Origin: Squalus acanthias
Taxonomy: Eukaryota
Direction: 5' to 3'
Assembly: GCA_030390025.1 (NCBI GenBank)
Contig: CM059432.1
Span: 35,280,001 to 35,344,000 of the forward strand
DNA: 64,000 nt
Positions 13,261 to 27,597 of the stretch are shown here, piece after piece (the first letter of the stretch is position 1; each line of letters opens with the position of its first letter). Under the pieces are notes generated by a model. That model did not search any database. It was not told where the DNA came from and saw nothing but the letters and a program-made list of their open reading frames with translations. The position numbers and the translations under genes are program-made.

Positions 13261-16214
13261 TAGTACAAAGGTGGAAATGGGCAGTCTTAGTGATAGAACG
13301 GATATGAGGTAAGAAGCTCAATTCGCGATCAAATATGACACCAAGGTTGTGAACAGACTTGGCCAGCCTTAGACAGTTGCCGGGGAGAGAGATCGAATCA
13401 GTGGAAAGGGAAGGGAGTTCGTGGCATGAACCGAAGACAATGGCTTCGGTCTTCCCGATATTTAACTGGAGGAAATTTCTACTCATCCAGTGCGTGATGT
13501 CGGACAGTCTGATAGTATAGAGACGGTGGAGGGTTTGAGCGAGGTGGAGGTGAGGTACAGCTGGGTATCATCAGCGTACATGTGAAAACTCACGTTTTGT
13601 TGCCAGATGATGTCACTGAGAGGCAGCATGTAGATGAGAAATAGGAGGGGGCCAAGGATAGATCCTTGGGGGACACCAGAGGTGACAGTGCGGGATCGGG
13701 AGGAGAAGCCATTGCAGGTGATTCTATGGTTACGGCTGGAAAGATAGGAATGAAACCAGGCGAGTGCAGTCCCACCCAACTGGACAACGGTGGAGAGGCG
13801 TTGGAGCAGAATTTTGTGGTCAACCATGTCAAAGGCTGCAGACAGGTGCAGAAAGACGAGAAGGGATAGATTACCTTTGTCGCAGTCAATTAGGATGTCA
13901 TTTGTGACCTTGGTAAGAGCCGTTTCGGTACTGTGGCAGGGGTGGAAACCCGATTGGAGGGATTCAATCTAGGAATTCTGGGAAAGATGGGCATGGATTT
14001 TAGAGGTGACAACGCGTTCAAGAACTTTGGAGAGGAAAGGGAGGTTGGAGATGGGGCGATAGTTTGCAAGGACAGAGGGATCAAGGGTTGGTTTTTTGAG
14101 GAGGGGGTGATGACGGCAGATTTGAAGGAAAGGGGGACAGTACCGGAGGAGAGAGAACCGTTAACAAGATCCGCTAACAGGGGAGCCAGGAAGGAAAGTT
14201 GGGTTGTCAGCAATTTAGTCGGAAAAGGGTCGAGAAAGCAGGAGGTCATCATTGACAAGATGAGCTTTGAAAGGGCAAGAGGGGAAATAGGAGAGAAATT
14301 AAAGCAATATGCAAACTTAGGGTTATGGCAGAGGGAAATGGAGAGGAAGTAAAGTCCAGTGGGCATGGGGAAGGGAGGGAATTGAAAGCAGAAGCAGTTG
14401 AACGAATGTTGTCGATCTTTTTAACAAAGAAGTCCATGAGTTCCTCACATTTATTGTTGGAGGTGAGGGAGGAGGAGGCAGGGGAGGGTGGTTTGAGAAA
14501 ATGGTTAGTATAGGAGAAGAGAAGCCTGGTGTTATTTTTGCCATCCCGGATGATCTTAGAATAGTGGCCGGTTTTAGTGATGGAGAGCAGGACCTGGTAG
14601 TGCTTTATATGATCTAGCCAAATCTGGTGATGGATGATTAGACCAGTTGTCCGCCAAAGACGTTCAAGTCTGCGTCCCTTAGACTTAAGGGAGCGGAGAT
14701 GAGGGGTATACCAGGGGGAACGACTACGGTGAGAGAGTGTCATGATTTTAGTAGGGATAAGGGCATCAAAGGTGGTGGAGAGGGTGCAATTTAGTAAGTC
14801 AGTAGCTGCAGAGATGTCATGGAGAATAGTAGGCCTAGGCTGGGTAGTTGGGAATTAGAAAGTGCAGTGGTAAGGGACTTGAGGGAGAGTTTTTTCCAGG
14901 GGCGGCTATGAAAAGAAGTGGGTTTAGGAGGGGGAAGGGGAATATGGGTAGAGAGTGATATAATGGTCGGAGATTGCCTTATCAATTACGGTTACGGAGG
15001 GGTTAGCGAGGCCACATGAGATGATAAGATCGAGGGGGTGGCCGTGGATATGGGTGAGGGAGTTGACGTGAATGTAGAGATTAAGGGAGGAAAGAAGCGC
15101 GGTGAACTCAGAGGAGAGGGAGCAAGATGAGATTAAATCACCGAGGATGAGAAGTCGCTCGGTGAAGAGGCAGAGGGAGGAAAGCAGAGAAGAGAAAATT
15201 GGTGTGGTATTTGGGTGGGCGGTACAGAATAAGGATTTTAAAAGAGAGACGTGAGGGGTGAAACAAGGTGAGATGCTCAATATATATTTCAAGTATATAT
15301 CCTTTTGAAAGTTACCATTGAATCTGCTTCAGGCAGTGCAATCCAGGTCATAACAACTTGCTGCATTAAAGAAATTCTCCTCATCTCCTCCCTCTCCTGA
15401 TTTTGCCAATTATTTTAAATCTGTGTCCTCTGATTATCAGCCCTCTGCCACTGGAAAAAGTTTCTCCCTATCTACTCTATCAAAAACGTTCATGATTTTG
15501 AACACCTCTATTATACCTCCCTTAACTTTCTCTGCTATAAGGTGAACAATCCCAGCTTCTCTAGTCTCTCCACATAACTGAAGTCCCTCATCCCTGGTAT
15601 CATTCTGGTAAATCTCTTCTGCACCCTTTTCATTTCAAATGCAATGTACCCGACTGTAAATACTGTATTATATCATTGATCTCCTTCTGTGCTGTAAGAT
15701 TCTTTCAGCCCATTGTGCCAAAGAGCTATCCAAATAGTTCCACTAAAAATATTATTTTTAATTAAGAAACCCAGATGAATAATAGCTATGCCCACAGTGC
15801 AATACCACCAGCGTCTAGTGGCCAAGTGATACTAAGCTTGACTTTTAAAAGCCTGTAGTTTGTAGGTGGAAGAGAAGTCTGAAGGAGGTGAGGGGTTCCA
15901 CGGTTGATGAGCAGGAATGAGTTAGAGCAGGGGATGGTGAGACAAGTCTTGATTTCAACACATTGAGACCACAGAGAGAAACAAGAATGTATGATGCCAC
16001 TTTTGAGGCTCAGAAGGGACAAGAGAGGAAGGTTCAGAGCAGCACTGACCATAACTACAAACCCCTTGCCTCCTTCAGACTGCCCCTTCCTATGATCTGC
16101 TAGCCTTATCTTATATATATATATATTGGTTTTCAAGATATGGGCAACCAACATGGCTGTATATTGCCCATCCCTAGATATGCAAACAACTGAGTGCAAT
16201 GCTAGGTCATGTGG

Positions 16215-16810
16215 AAACATAGGAACAGGAGTTGGCCATTTAGCCATTCAAGCCTGTTCCGCCATTCAATGAAATCATGGCAGATCTGTATTTTAACTTC
16301 ATCTACCCGCCTTGGTTCCATATCCCTTAATACCCTTGCCTAACAAAAATCTATCAATTTCAGTTTTGAAATTTTGACCTAGCCTCAACAGCTTTTTATG
16401 GGAAGAGAATTCTAGATTTCCACGACCCTTTGTGTAAAGAAGTGCTTTCTGACATCACCCCTGAATGGCCTAGCTCTAATTTTAAGGTTATGCGCCCTTG
16501 CTCTGGACTCTCCCACCAGATGAAATAGTTTCTCTCTACCTACCCTATCAAATCCTTTAATCATCTTAAACACCTCAATTTGATCACCCCATAATCTTCT
16601 ATATTCAAGGGAATACAAGCCAACTCTATGCAACCTATCTTCATAATTTAACCCCTAGCCCCGGTATCATTCTGTTGCATCTGCGCTGCACCCCCTCTAA
16701 GGCCAATATATCCTTCCTGAGGTGTACAGCTGCAACATAACTTCCACCCCTTTATATTCCAGCTCTCTTGAGATAATAACATTCCATTAGCCTTTTAAAT
16801 TATTTTTTAT
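16215..16810 (-). mobile_element. CR1 3' fragment
   Basis: ORF 16412-16633 GLYSLEYRRL.GD.IEVFK...HFFTQRVV plus CR1 3' UTR. Confidence 0.85.
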
Positions 16811-16861
16811 ACACTCATAAGTATTCCAGACTAGGGTTAACAGTCTGGAGGACAATAGTAA

Positions 16862-17312
16862 AAAAAAAAGACTCGCATTTATATAGCTCCTTTCATGACC
16901 TCAGGATATCCCAAAGCGCTTTACACCCAATTAAGTACTTTTTGAAGCCACTGTTGTAATGTAGGAAACTCAACAGCCAATCTGCACACAGCAAGGTCCC
17001 ACAAAAAGCAATGAGATAATAACCAGATAATCGGTTTTAGATAATTGGTTGAGGGATAAATTTTGACAGGACTTTTGGTAGAACTCCCCAACTCTTATAG
17101 TTAGCAATAAAGCCATGGGATCTTTTACGTCCATCTGAGAGTGCAGACGGAGTCTCGGTTTAACGCCTCAACCAAAAGACGGCACCTCTGACAGTGCAGC
17201 ACTCCCTCAATACTGGAGTGTCAGCCTGGATTATATGTTCAGGTCTCTGGAGAGGAACTTGAATCCACAAGCTTCTGGCTCAGAGGCAAGAATGCTACCC
17301 ACTGAGCCAGTT
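16862..17312 (-). mobile_element. Deu-domain SINE copy
   Basis: Colinear with 33066-33532. Confidence 0.75.
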
Positions 17313-18034
17313 GGATTTTTAAAATAACAGTCTGCCAACTTTGATGGTTATTTTTCTGGTGCTAACCCATAGATTTATTGAATTTAATTTCACAATTTGC
17401 CATGGTGGAACCTCTGTGTTACTGGTTCCAATACCATAATCACAACACTAGTGTACCAGTCTTACAAAAAATCACTTTGCTGTTACCTAGTCACTATGTC
17501 AGGGATTACCTTGTCTTCACTTCAACAATTTTCAATCTTCGATCTATGGATCTCAAAGCCTCAACCGGCTTTCTCAATAAAAATACAGAGCAGTAAAATA
17601 GAAAGATTCATTTACTCTGAATTAATGAATGGAGTGCCACAGCCCTTTAGAGGGAGTGGTGAAAAAAATGGTTGAACGGAAAGAAATTCATAAGAAGGGA
17701 AATGTAACTTTTATTTCCAGACCTGCTAGAACATTCCCATCAAAGAATAACAAAATCAATACAAGAGAGACCTTGGAATGTAATGAGCTTATTCCCATCA
17801 GGGGACCATCTCGTGTTCAGTTAACAATATGCAAGTGCTGTACACATCAACTGGCTTCCCATGAAATGTCTGCTTTAAACAATCACTCAGCAGCTAGATT
17901 GTTACTCAGGCACTCCAGTTGCATTAGGAGGAAGCCCCTTAATTTAAGTCAGGGCTAGGATTTTAATGAGTCCAGCACTCTGCTTTGCTGGAAGGACGTA
18001 ACAGGCACAGAGTAGGACTCAGACCTCAGGCCTC

Positions 18035-19802
18035 TTGTTTTCTTTTTATTCGTTTATGGGATGTGGGCATTGCTGGCAAGGCCAGCATTTATTGCCCATC
18101 CCGAATTGCCCTTGAGAAGGTGGTGGTGAGCCACCTTCTTGAACCGCTGCAGTCCGTGTGGTGAAGGTACTCCCACAGTGCTGTTAGGTAGGGAGTTCCA
18201 GGATTTTGACCCAGCGACGATGAAGGATCGGCGATATATTTCCAAGTCAGAATGGTGTGTGACTTGGAGGGGAACTTGGAGGTGGTGATGTTCCCATGCG
18301 CCTGCTGCCCTTGTCCTTCTAGGTGGAAGAGGTCACGGGTTTGGGAGGTGCTGCCGAAGAAGCCTTGGCGAGTTGCTGCAGTGCATCTTGTAGATAGTAC
18401 ACACTGCAACCACAGTGCGCTGCTGGTGCAGGGAGTGAATTTTTAAGGTGGTGGATGGGGTGCCAATCAAGCGGGCTGCTTTGTCCAGAATGGTGTCGAG
18501 CTTCTTGAGTGTTGTTGGAGCTGCACTCATCCAGGCAAGTGGAGAGTATTCCATCACACTCCTTACTTGTGCCTTGTAGATGCTGGAAAGGCTTTGGGGA
18601 GTCAGGAGGTGAGACACTCGCCACAGAATACCTAGCCTCTGACCTGCTCTTGTTGCCACAGTATTTATGTGGCTGGTCCAGTTAAGTTTCTGGTCAATGG
18701 TGACCCTCAGGATGTTGATGGTGAGGGATTTGGTGATGGTAATGCCGTTGAATGTCAAGGGGCGGTGGTTAGACTCTCGCTTGTTGGAGATAGTCATTGC
18801 CTGGCACTTGTGTGGCGCGAATGTTACCTGCCACTTATCAGCCCAAGCCTGAACGTCGTCCAGGTCTTGTTGCATGCAGACATGGACTGCTTCATTATCT
18901 GAGGAGTTGTGAATGTCACTGAACACTGTGCAGTCATCAGCGAACATCCCCATTTCTGACCTTCTGTTGGAGGGAAGGTCATTGATGAAGCAGCTGAAGA
19001 TGGTTGGGCCTAGGACACTGCCCTGAGGAACTCCTGCAGCGATGTCCTGGGGCTGAGATGATTGATCTTCAACCACCACAACCATCTTCCTTTGTGCTAG
19101 GTAGCACTCCAGCCAGTGGAGAGTTTTCCCTCCGATTCCCATTGACTTCAGTTTTACTAGGGCTCCTTGATGCCACACTCGATCAAATGCTGCCTTGATG
19201 TCAAGGGCAGTCTCTCTCACCTCACCTCACCTCTGGAATTCAGCTCCTTTATCCATGTTTGGACCAAGGATGTAATGAGGTCGGGAGCCAAGTGGTCTTG
19301 GCAGAACCCAAACTGGGCATCAGTGAACAGATTATTGGTGAGTAAGTGCCGCTTGATAGCACTGTCGATGACACCTTCCATCACTTTGCTGATGATTGAG
19401 AGTAGACTGACGGGGCGGTAATTGGCCGGATTGGATTTGTCCTGTTTTTTGTGGACAGGACATACTTGGGCAGTTCTCCACATTGTCAGATAGATGCCAG
19501 TGTTGTAGCTGCACTGGAGCAGCTTGGCTAGAGGCGCTGGAGCACAAGTCTTCAGCAGGACAGCCGGGATGTTGTCGGGGCCCACAGCCTTTGCTATATC
19601 GAGTGCGCTCAGCCGTTCTTGATATCACGTGGAGTGAATCAAATTGGCTAAAGACTGGCTTCTGTGATGATGGGGTCCTCAGGAGAAGGCCGATATGGAT
19701 CATCCACTCGGCACTTCTGGCTGAAGATGGTTGCAAACGCTTCAGCCTTGTCTTTTGCACTCATGTGCTGGGCTCCACCATCATTGAGGATGGGGATATT
19801 CA
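18035..19802 (-). mobile_element. 5'-truncated copy of the same LINE family (RT and 3' end)
   Basis: ORFs 18333-19220 and 19217-19585 are nearly identical to those at 55062-55957 and 60979-62558; same 3' tail. Confidence 0.88.
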
Positions 19803-20121
19803 TTATCTTGTACCTGATAATGTGGGGAGCCGGTGCTCTTCACTCATCAATGCAACAGATGTCAGCCATTGCATTATGATCCAGTGTGTTGAGTCAGCTG
19901 TTAATTTTGGAAGTGAAGATGATACTTAATGTTGAGTCACTGAGGGCGACAAAGTCAAGCACCTTGGAGATGGTGCAGAGAAGATTTACCAGAATGATAC
20001 CAGGGACTTCAGTTATATAGAGAGACGAGAGAAGCTGGGATTATTCTCCTTCGAGCAGACAAGGTTAAGGGGAGTTTGAATAGAGGTATTCAAAATTATG
20101 AAGGGTTTTGATAGAATAAAT

Positions 20122-23100
20122 TCCGGTGAAGGTGAATTTAGAAAGTCAAAGAGAAAGGAGAAAGCAATAGTGCAGGGTAGCGATAGGGGTAATGATAACC
20201 AGAGTGTGACAGGAAGAGACAGAGTACAGACATAAGCATGCACCAGCAAATAGAGTCAGAGTAGGGAAAAATGGTAAAAAGATTAAATTAAAGGCTCTTT
20301 ATCTGAATGCACACAGCATTCGTAACCAGATAGATGAGTTGACGGCACAAATAGAAACATATGGGTATGATCTGATAGCCATTACAGAGACGTGATTGCA
20401 AGGTGACCAAGGCTGGGAACTGAATATTCAGGGATATTTGACATTTCGGAAGGATAGGCAGAAAGGAAAAGGAGGTGGGGTAGCTCTGTTAATAAAGGAT
20501 GAGATCAGTGCAGTGGTGAGAAATGATATTGTCTCAGATGATCAAGATGTAGAATCGTTTTGGGTGGAGATAAGAAATAGTAAGGGAAGGAAGTCACTGG
20601 TGGGAGTGGTCTACAGGCCCCCTAACAGTAGCTACACTGTAGGACAGAGTATAAATCAAGAAATAATAGGGGCTTGTACGAAAGGTACTGCGATAATCAT
20701 GAGCGATTTTAATCTTCATATAGATTGGTCAAATCAAATTGGCAAGGGTGGCTTTGAGGACAAGTTCATAGAATGTTTTCGGGATGGTTTCTTGGAACAA
20801 TACATTGTGAACCAACCAGGGAGCAGGCTATTTTAGATCTGGCAATGTGTAATGAGACAGGATTAATTAATGATCTCATGGTAAAGGATCCTCTAGGGAA
20901 GAGTGATCATAGCATGATAGAATTTCAAATTCAGTTTGGGTCTGAAACTAGTGTCCTAAAGTTAAATAAAGGCAATTACAAAGGTATGAAGACAGAGTTG
21001 GCTAAAGTGGACTGGGAAAATAGATTAAAGGGTAAGACGGTAGATAAGCAGTGGCAGACATTTAAGGAGATATTTCATAACTCTCAGCAAAGGTTTATTC
21101 CAGTGAGAAAGAAAGACTCTACGAGAAGGATGAACCATCCATGGCTAATTAAGGAAGTTAAGGATGGTATCAAATTGAAAGGAAAGGCATACAATGTTGC
21201 GAAGATTCGTGGTAGGCCAGAGGATTGGGAAATTTTTAGAAACTAGCAAAGGATGACTAAAAAAATAATAAAGAGGGAGAAGATAGATTATGAAAGTAAA
21301 CTAGCAAAAAATATAAAAACAGACAGTAAGAACTTCTACAGGTATATAAAAAGGAAGAGAGTAGCTAAAGTAAATGTTGGTCCCTTAAAGGATGAGATTG
21401 GGGAATTAATAATGGGAAACAGGGAAATGGCAGAGACTTTGAACAAATATTTTGTATCGGTCTTCACAGTAGAAGACACTAAAAGCATCCCAATAATAAT
21501 TGATGATCAGGGGGCTATAGGGAGGGAGGAACTTAAAACTATGACTATCACTAGAGAAAAAGTATTAGGCAAGCTAATGGGACTAAAGGCTGACAAGTCC
21601 CCTGGGCCTGATGGCCTGCATCCTAGGGTCTTAAAAGACGTGCCTGCAGAGATAGTGGATGCGTTAGTTGTAATCTACCAAAATTCCCTTGATTCTGGAG
21701 AGGTCCCAGCGGATTGGAAAACAGCAAATGTAAATCCCCTATTCAAGAAAGGAGGGAGACAGAAAGCAGGAAGCTATGGGCCAGTTAGCCTAACATCTGT
21801 CATTGGGAAAATGCTGGAATCCATTATTAAGGAAGTAATAGCAGGACATTTAGAAAATCATAATACAATCAAGCAGAGTCAACATGGTTTTATGAAAGGG
21901 AAATCGTGTTTGACAAATTTTCTAGAGTTCTTTGAGGCTGTAACGAGTAGGGTGGATAATGGGGAACCAGTAGATGTAGTGTATTTGAATTTCCAAAAGG
22001 CATTCGATAAGGTGCCACATAAAAGGTTACTGCACAAGATAAGAGCTCACGGGGTTGGGGGTAATATATTAGCATGGATAGAGAATTGGCTAACTAACAG
22101 AAAACAAAGTCGGGATAAATGGGTCATTTTCAGGTTGGCAAACTGTAACTAGTGGGGTGCCACAAGGATCGGTGCTGGGGCCTCAACTATTTACTATCTA
22201 TATTAATGACTTGGATGAAGGGACCAAGTATACGGTAGCCAAATTTGCTGATGATACAAAGATAGGTGGTAAAGCAAGTTATGAGGAGGACACAGAGTCT
22301 GCAAAGGGATATAGATAGGTTAAGTGAGCGGGCAAAAATTTGGCAGATGGAGTATAATGTGGGAAAATGTGAGGTTATCCACTTTGGTAGGAAGAATAAA
22401 AAAGCAAATTATTATTTAAATGGAGAGAGACTACAAAATGCTGCAGTACAGAGGGATCTGGGTGTCCTCGTACATGAAACACACAAAGTTAGCATGCAGG
22501 TACAGCAAGTAATTAGGAAGGCAAATGGAATGTTGGCCTTTATTGCAAGGGGGATGGAGTATAAAAGTAGGGAAGTCTTGCTACAACTGTACAGGGCGCT
22601 GGTGAGACCACACCTGGAGTACTACGTACAGTTGTGGTCTCCTTATTTAAGGAGGGATATACTTGCATTGGAGGCAGTTCAGAGAAGGTTCACTCGGTTA
22701 ATTCCCGAGATGAAGGGCTTGTCTTATGAAGAAAGGTTGAGCAGGTTGGGTCTATACTCATTGGAGTTTAGAAGAATGAGAGATGATCTTATTGAAACAT
22801 ATAAGAATCTGAGGGGGCTTGACAGGGTAGACGCAGGGAGGATGTTTTCCCTTTTGGGGGAATCTAGAACTAGGGGGCATAGTTTCAGAATAAGGGGTTG
22901 CCCATTTAAAAAGGAGATGAGAAGGAATTTCTTCTCTCAGAGGGTCGTGAATCTTTGGAATTCTCTACCCCAGAGAGCTGTGGAGGCGGAGTCATTGAAT
23001 ATATTCAAGGCGGAGATAGACAGATATTTGAGCTACAGGGGAGTCAAGGGTTACGGGGAGCGGGCGGGAAAGTGGACTTGAGGCCAAGATCAGATCAGCC

Positions 23101-23178
23101 ATGATCTTATTGAATGGCGGAGCAGGCTCGAGGGGCCAAATGACCTACTCCTGCTCCTATTTCTTATGTTCTTATATT
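20122..23178 (+). mobile_element. CR1 (HER1-like) LINE with near-complete but disrupted ORF2, inserted in an older CR1 fragment (~19960-20120 / 23180-23280)
   Basis: ORFs 20396-20836 (APE: GGGVALL, YRPP), 20773-21246 (SDH), 21253-22152 (RT) and 22266-23081. Tail ttcttatgttcttat. ataaat repeated at both flanks. Confidence 0.92.
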
Positions 23179-23574
23179 CTTATAAATAAGGATAAACTAT
23201 TGCCACTGGCAGTAACCAGAATACACAGATTTAAGATAATTAGCAAAAGAACCAGAGGGGAGATGAAGAGAAATGTTTTTACTGATACCAGCTTTTTATT
23301 TCCAAAATTAAAAAAATTGAATTGAAATTCTCAAACAGCCATGAATTGAACTCACATTCACTATAATTATCCAATCAGGCCTTTATTAGATTACTGGTCC
23401 AGTGACATAACCAACACACTACCATACCCACAAATACCAACCCTGCTCCTTTTAAAGTTGTCAATTCACCCAAATCGACTCTCCTCTCTGGCAGTCAGTT
23501 CCACATCCACCATCCAGTGGGGGGAGAAAAAAGTTTTTCTAATGCGCGAGGCTTGTGAATTTTCTACATATCCT

Positions 23575-24515
23575 GTAGACAGAGTGAATAGGAAAAAACT
23601 ATTTCCTCTGGTTTGGAAGTCAGTGACAAGGGGCCATCAATTTAAAATGGTCACTAAAAGAGAGAGGAGAGGGGTGAGAAGAAATGTCTTTGCAAAGAGG
23701 TTTGCTGGAGCTTGGAATGCTTGCCCAAAGAATGATACAGTACAGAAGGAGGTTATTTGGCCGATTGTGCCGGCTCTTTGGCAGAGCTATCTAATTAATC
23801 CCACTTCTGTGCTCTTTCCCCATAGCCCTCTAAATTTTTTCCCTTCAAGTGTTTGTTGAATTCATGACAATTCAAACCGTTCATGATTTTGAACATCTCT
23901 ATAAAATCTCCTCTTAACCTTCTCTGCTCTAAGGAGAACAACCCCAGCTTCTCCAGTCTCTCCACATAACTGAAGTCCCTCATCCTTGGTATCATTCTAG
24001 TAAATCATACTTTTCCAAATGGCAATTAATTTTGCCTCGGATTATTGTCTCTAAAAGTTTCCCCACCACCAACATGAGACTGACGTGGCCTGTAGTTGCT
24101 GAATTTATCCCTCTCCCCTTTTTTAAACAGGGGTGTAACATTTGCAATCCTCCAGTCCTCTGGCACCACCAACACATCCAAGGAGAATTGGAAGATTGTG
24201 GCCAGAGCCTCTGCAATTTCCACTCTTCCCTCAGTAACTTAGGATGCATCCCATCTGGACTGGGTGACATTTCTACTTTGAGGACTGACAACCTTTTAAG
24301 TATCTCCTCTTTATCTATTTTTATCATATCTAATATTGCTACTGCCTCCTCCTTTACTGTGACATTGGCAGCATCCTCTTCACGAGTGAAGACAGATGCA
24401 AACTACTCATTCAGTACCTCAACCATGCCCTCTGCTTCGACAAGAATATTTATTTTTTGGTCCCTCATCAGCCCCACCCTTCCTTTGACTATCCTTCTAC
24501 TATTTATGTGTTTAT
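23575..24515. mobile_element. Cluster of CR1 fragments on both strands
   Basis: ORFs 23795-23995, 23992-24327 and 24026-24223 (VPEDWRIANVTPLFKKG). Confidence 0.8.
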
Positions 24516-26384
24516 AAAAAGGGAGTGGTTGAGATCATTGCATCTTTTAAGGGAAAATCAGATAAATATATGAAGCAGAGGACTCCTGCAGTTAATTAGA
24601 AGCTATTTGCTGTTGCTGGGGATGTTTCTCAGTAAAGTGCACTTCTAAAAAAATGTGACACAAAGATTTGCATGTGTGACACCTGAGTCTGAAAGATACA
24701 TCTCAAAACTTCTTTATATATACCAGTAAATTACCTGCAGCCCTGCTGACAGGAAGTCAGACGATGCCCTATGTTATAAGAACAAGGGCATTATACCATG
24801 TAACACACAGTGGATTGTTCTGCTGCTAAAGTGCAGGTGTATGTCCCTTTAAGGATACAAAGTCTTGTTGTTGTTGTTAAGTAAACACTGGGTGAGTTCT
24901 TTCAAAGGTCAACTGTTATTCATAACTCCAACTATTTTTGTGGGAAGGTGAATTAAGAGCTTGCAGATGTTGTGGATCCAATATTTTCTGTTCCTGGAGA
25001 GAATGAAAGGGGAAGTTAGAAGAATCTTTTTTCAGACACAGGGTTGTTAGAAAGTGGAATGCTTTGCCACAAGGCGCTATTGAGGCAGAGGATAAGTATT
25101 TGAAAAGGAAGGATTTGTAGAAAGGGCAAGATAATGGGATTGGAGTTGAATAGCTCACACTGGCACAGGCAAGGTAGGTCGAAGGCCACCTTCTGTACTG
25201 TAATCTCTCGTTCTGTGCTTCAAAATAAGCATGACTTATGTGTAAGTTAGTACGGTATTTCATCAAAAAGATTTACTATCAAGATAACGAACATAGGAAT
25301 TGCTGAACAAAAAAGACCACGGTCCATCGAGTTCGCCTTCTGCCATCCTGGTAGTCACATTATACAATGATAATGGAGTTGTTGACTAACCATAGCAATC
25401 AATATCTTATCAATTAGTCTAGAACAGACCCAGACATGAGGCGTGGAAAATCCCAGTCGTGGGGAGCTTTCGAACCACAAGTCCAAAGTCACCTGTTCCT
25501 CCCAATTTACCACGTTATGTCTCAAATTGCTCATATACTGTATCCCAAAATATTACTTTCTGAAAGAAATCTATCTAATTTGCATTTGATTGAATCAATA
25601 CTATCTTCTTCCACCGTCTCCCGAGGGAGCAAGTTCCATAGATTGACCATTCGCTCACTGAAGTAGTTTTTCCGTAGATTACTTTTGAATTTACCCCCTG
25701 CAAACGCAGGCCATGTCCTCTGGTTCTACTGTTCCGGACAAGGTGAAATAACTTGTCATGGTCTACATTATAGGAAGCAAGCAGTGAAACTCCATGAAAG
25801 TATCGCCGGCATTCCCTGTCCTTCACTGTACACTTTGGTACACAACCCCATCCCCTACCTCCCCCTTACCATATTTTATGATTGATGCACACCCTCTACC
25901 CTTCCCCCTCCTGCAACAAGGACAGATGGCCAGTTAATCACAGGGAATGGGTGGGGGAGTCGGAGAATGCGATCTGTTTACACTCTCGGATAACACAGTG
26001 CTGCCAATTTTGTTCAGGCAATCTGGTTTTAGAAAGGGCCGCTGCAGTGGGTTGGCTGCAGCACGGGAAGGGTGGGGGAGGGGCTCCAGATGGCACAGCC
26101 ATAATAGACAGGCTACAGGGTATAAGCAGATGGTATCGCCCCTGCTGTCGGCCCCTGCAATTGTCTGGGTACCGATTTAAACAATGCAGCAATGTATTCA
26201 TCAGCTGACAAAGAGCCATTTAGAAACCTGAAAATGTCTCCAAGTATTGAATAAACTGTAAAATAACAATTTGTTGGGAAAAAAAACAAATGGGTAGTGA
26301 TAAACCAGAGAGAGGCTGTTTATCTTCACAATAACAAATCCTGCTGGGTTTTTCTAACTCACTTTTCCCAGCTAATCTTCTCCC

Positions 26385-27080
26385 TTTGCTCTCAGGATGT
26401 GGGCTACGCTGGCAAAGTTATGTTTATTGCCCATCCCTTGTTACAGTGGTGGACTTTTTTCAGCACAGAGGTTGTCTTACAACTGCGTGGTTTGCTCTGC
26501 CACTTCAGAGGGCAGCAAGGGTCAACCACATAGTGCAGAACTGGAGTCACGTGCAAACTTGGTAGGGATGGCAGTCCCCTTCGCTGAAGGACATTAGTGA
26601 CCTAGTTGCATTTTTACGACAATCTGGCAGCTTCATAGTTATTTTTCTGGTGCCAGCTCATAAATTACCAGATTTATTGAATTCGCAGCACAGAAACAGG
26701 CCTTTTGGCCCAACTGGTCTGTGCCAGTGTTTATACTCCATTCAAGATGACTCCCACTCTAATTACCTCTATCCCACCCTGCCCGCATATCCTTAAATTC
26801 CCTTCTCCCTCACGCATGCACCAAGCCTCCCCTTAAATGCATCAATGCTCTCTGCTCAACCACTCCATGTGGCAGCAAGTTCCACATTTTCACCACTCTG
26901 TGTAAAGACATTTCCTCCTAAATTCTTTATTTGATCCATTAGTGGCTATCTGATATTTATGCCCCCTTCTTCTGACTCACCCACAAGTGGAAACAGTTTC
27001 TCAATGTCCAATTCTGATTCTACCATGGTGGGATTTGAACTCAGAATCTGTAGGCTGCTAGTCCAGTTCCATAACCAGGC
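26385..27080 (-). mobile_element. 5'UTR+3'tail SINE copy split by a CR1 3' fragment (~26686-27005)
   Basis: Tail and body at 26390-26685; head (gggatttgaactc...gctagtccag...ataacca) at ~27010-27080; CR1 3' sequence between them. Confidence 0.65.
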
Positions 27081-27597
27081 TAATGAAAACCAATTCCACA
27101 AACAATCATAAGGATAAGAACCTGCGTCAGAGGAACACCAACTAAACCTTGGTTGTCAGAACTTTGGATTTCTGACGAACATGTCATTATCTACATTATG
27201 TTACACTAGGCTACTGTACCCATAATCCTCCATTGTTACACCCACTGACTTGCATTGGGGTACAATTCCACGGCTTCTACAAACCTGTAGTGCCTTGTGT
27301 AAGTGAGACTTGTGTGTGAGACTACAGAGGGAGTCTGCAACCATCACTACAGAGACTATTTGCAACCGTCACAGCCATAGCCTGATCTTGGTCTGATGTC
27401 AAAATATGCACACGCACACGCACACTTTGCTGCAGGGGCCTCTATATACTATCCAGGGGCATCATCCACCCTGGCTGATTTCTTTCCCCTTCCCAAGCCC
27501 AGCAATGTTGAGATCAATTATGGTATCAGCCTTGGCTCAGTGTTGGCACTCTCGCCTGAGTCAGAAGGATACGGGCACAAGCCCCACTCCAGAGACA

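Larger units (their letters stand above)
12181..15285 (-). mobile_element. L2 LINE remnant, inserted in a CR1 fragment (~12075-12180 / 15286-15630) and itself carrying a Penelope insertion
   Basis: ORFs with GVPQGSILGPLLFLIYM, YADDTQLY, LNIGKTEAIVFG, HWLPVKQRLDF, FKTLLKTYLF; L2 tail aaggcgct...gttg. Confidence 0.88.
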
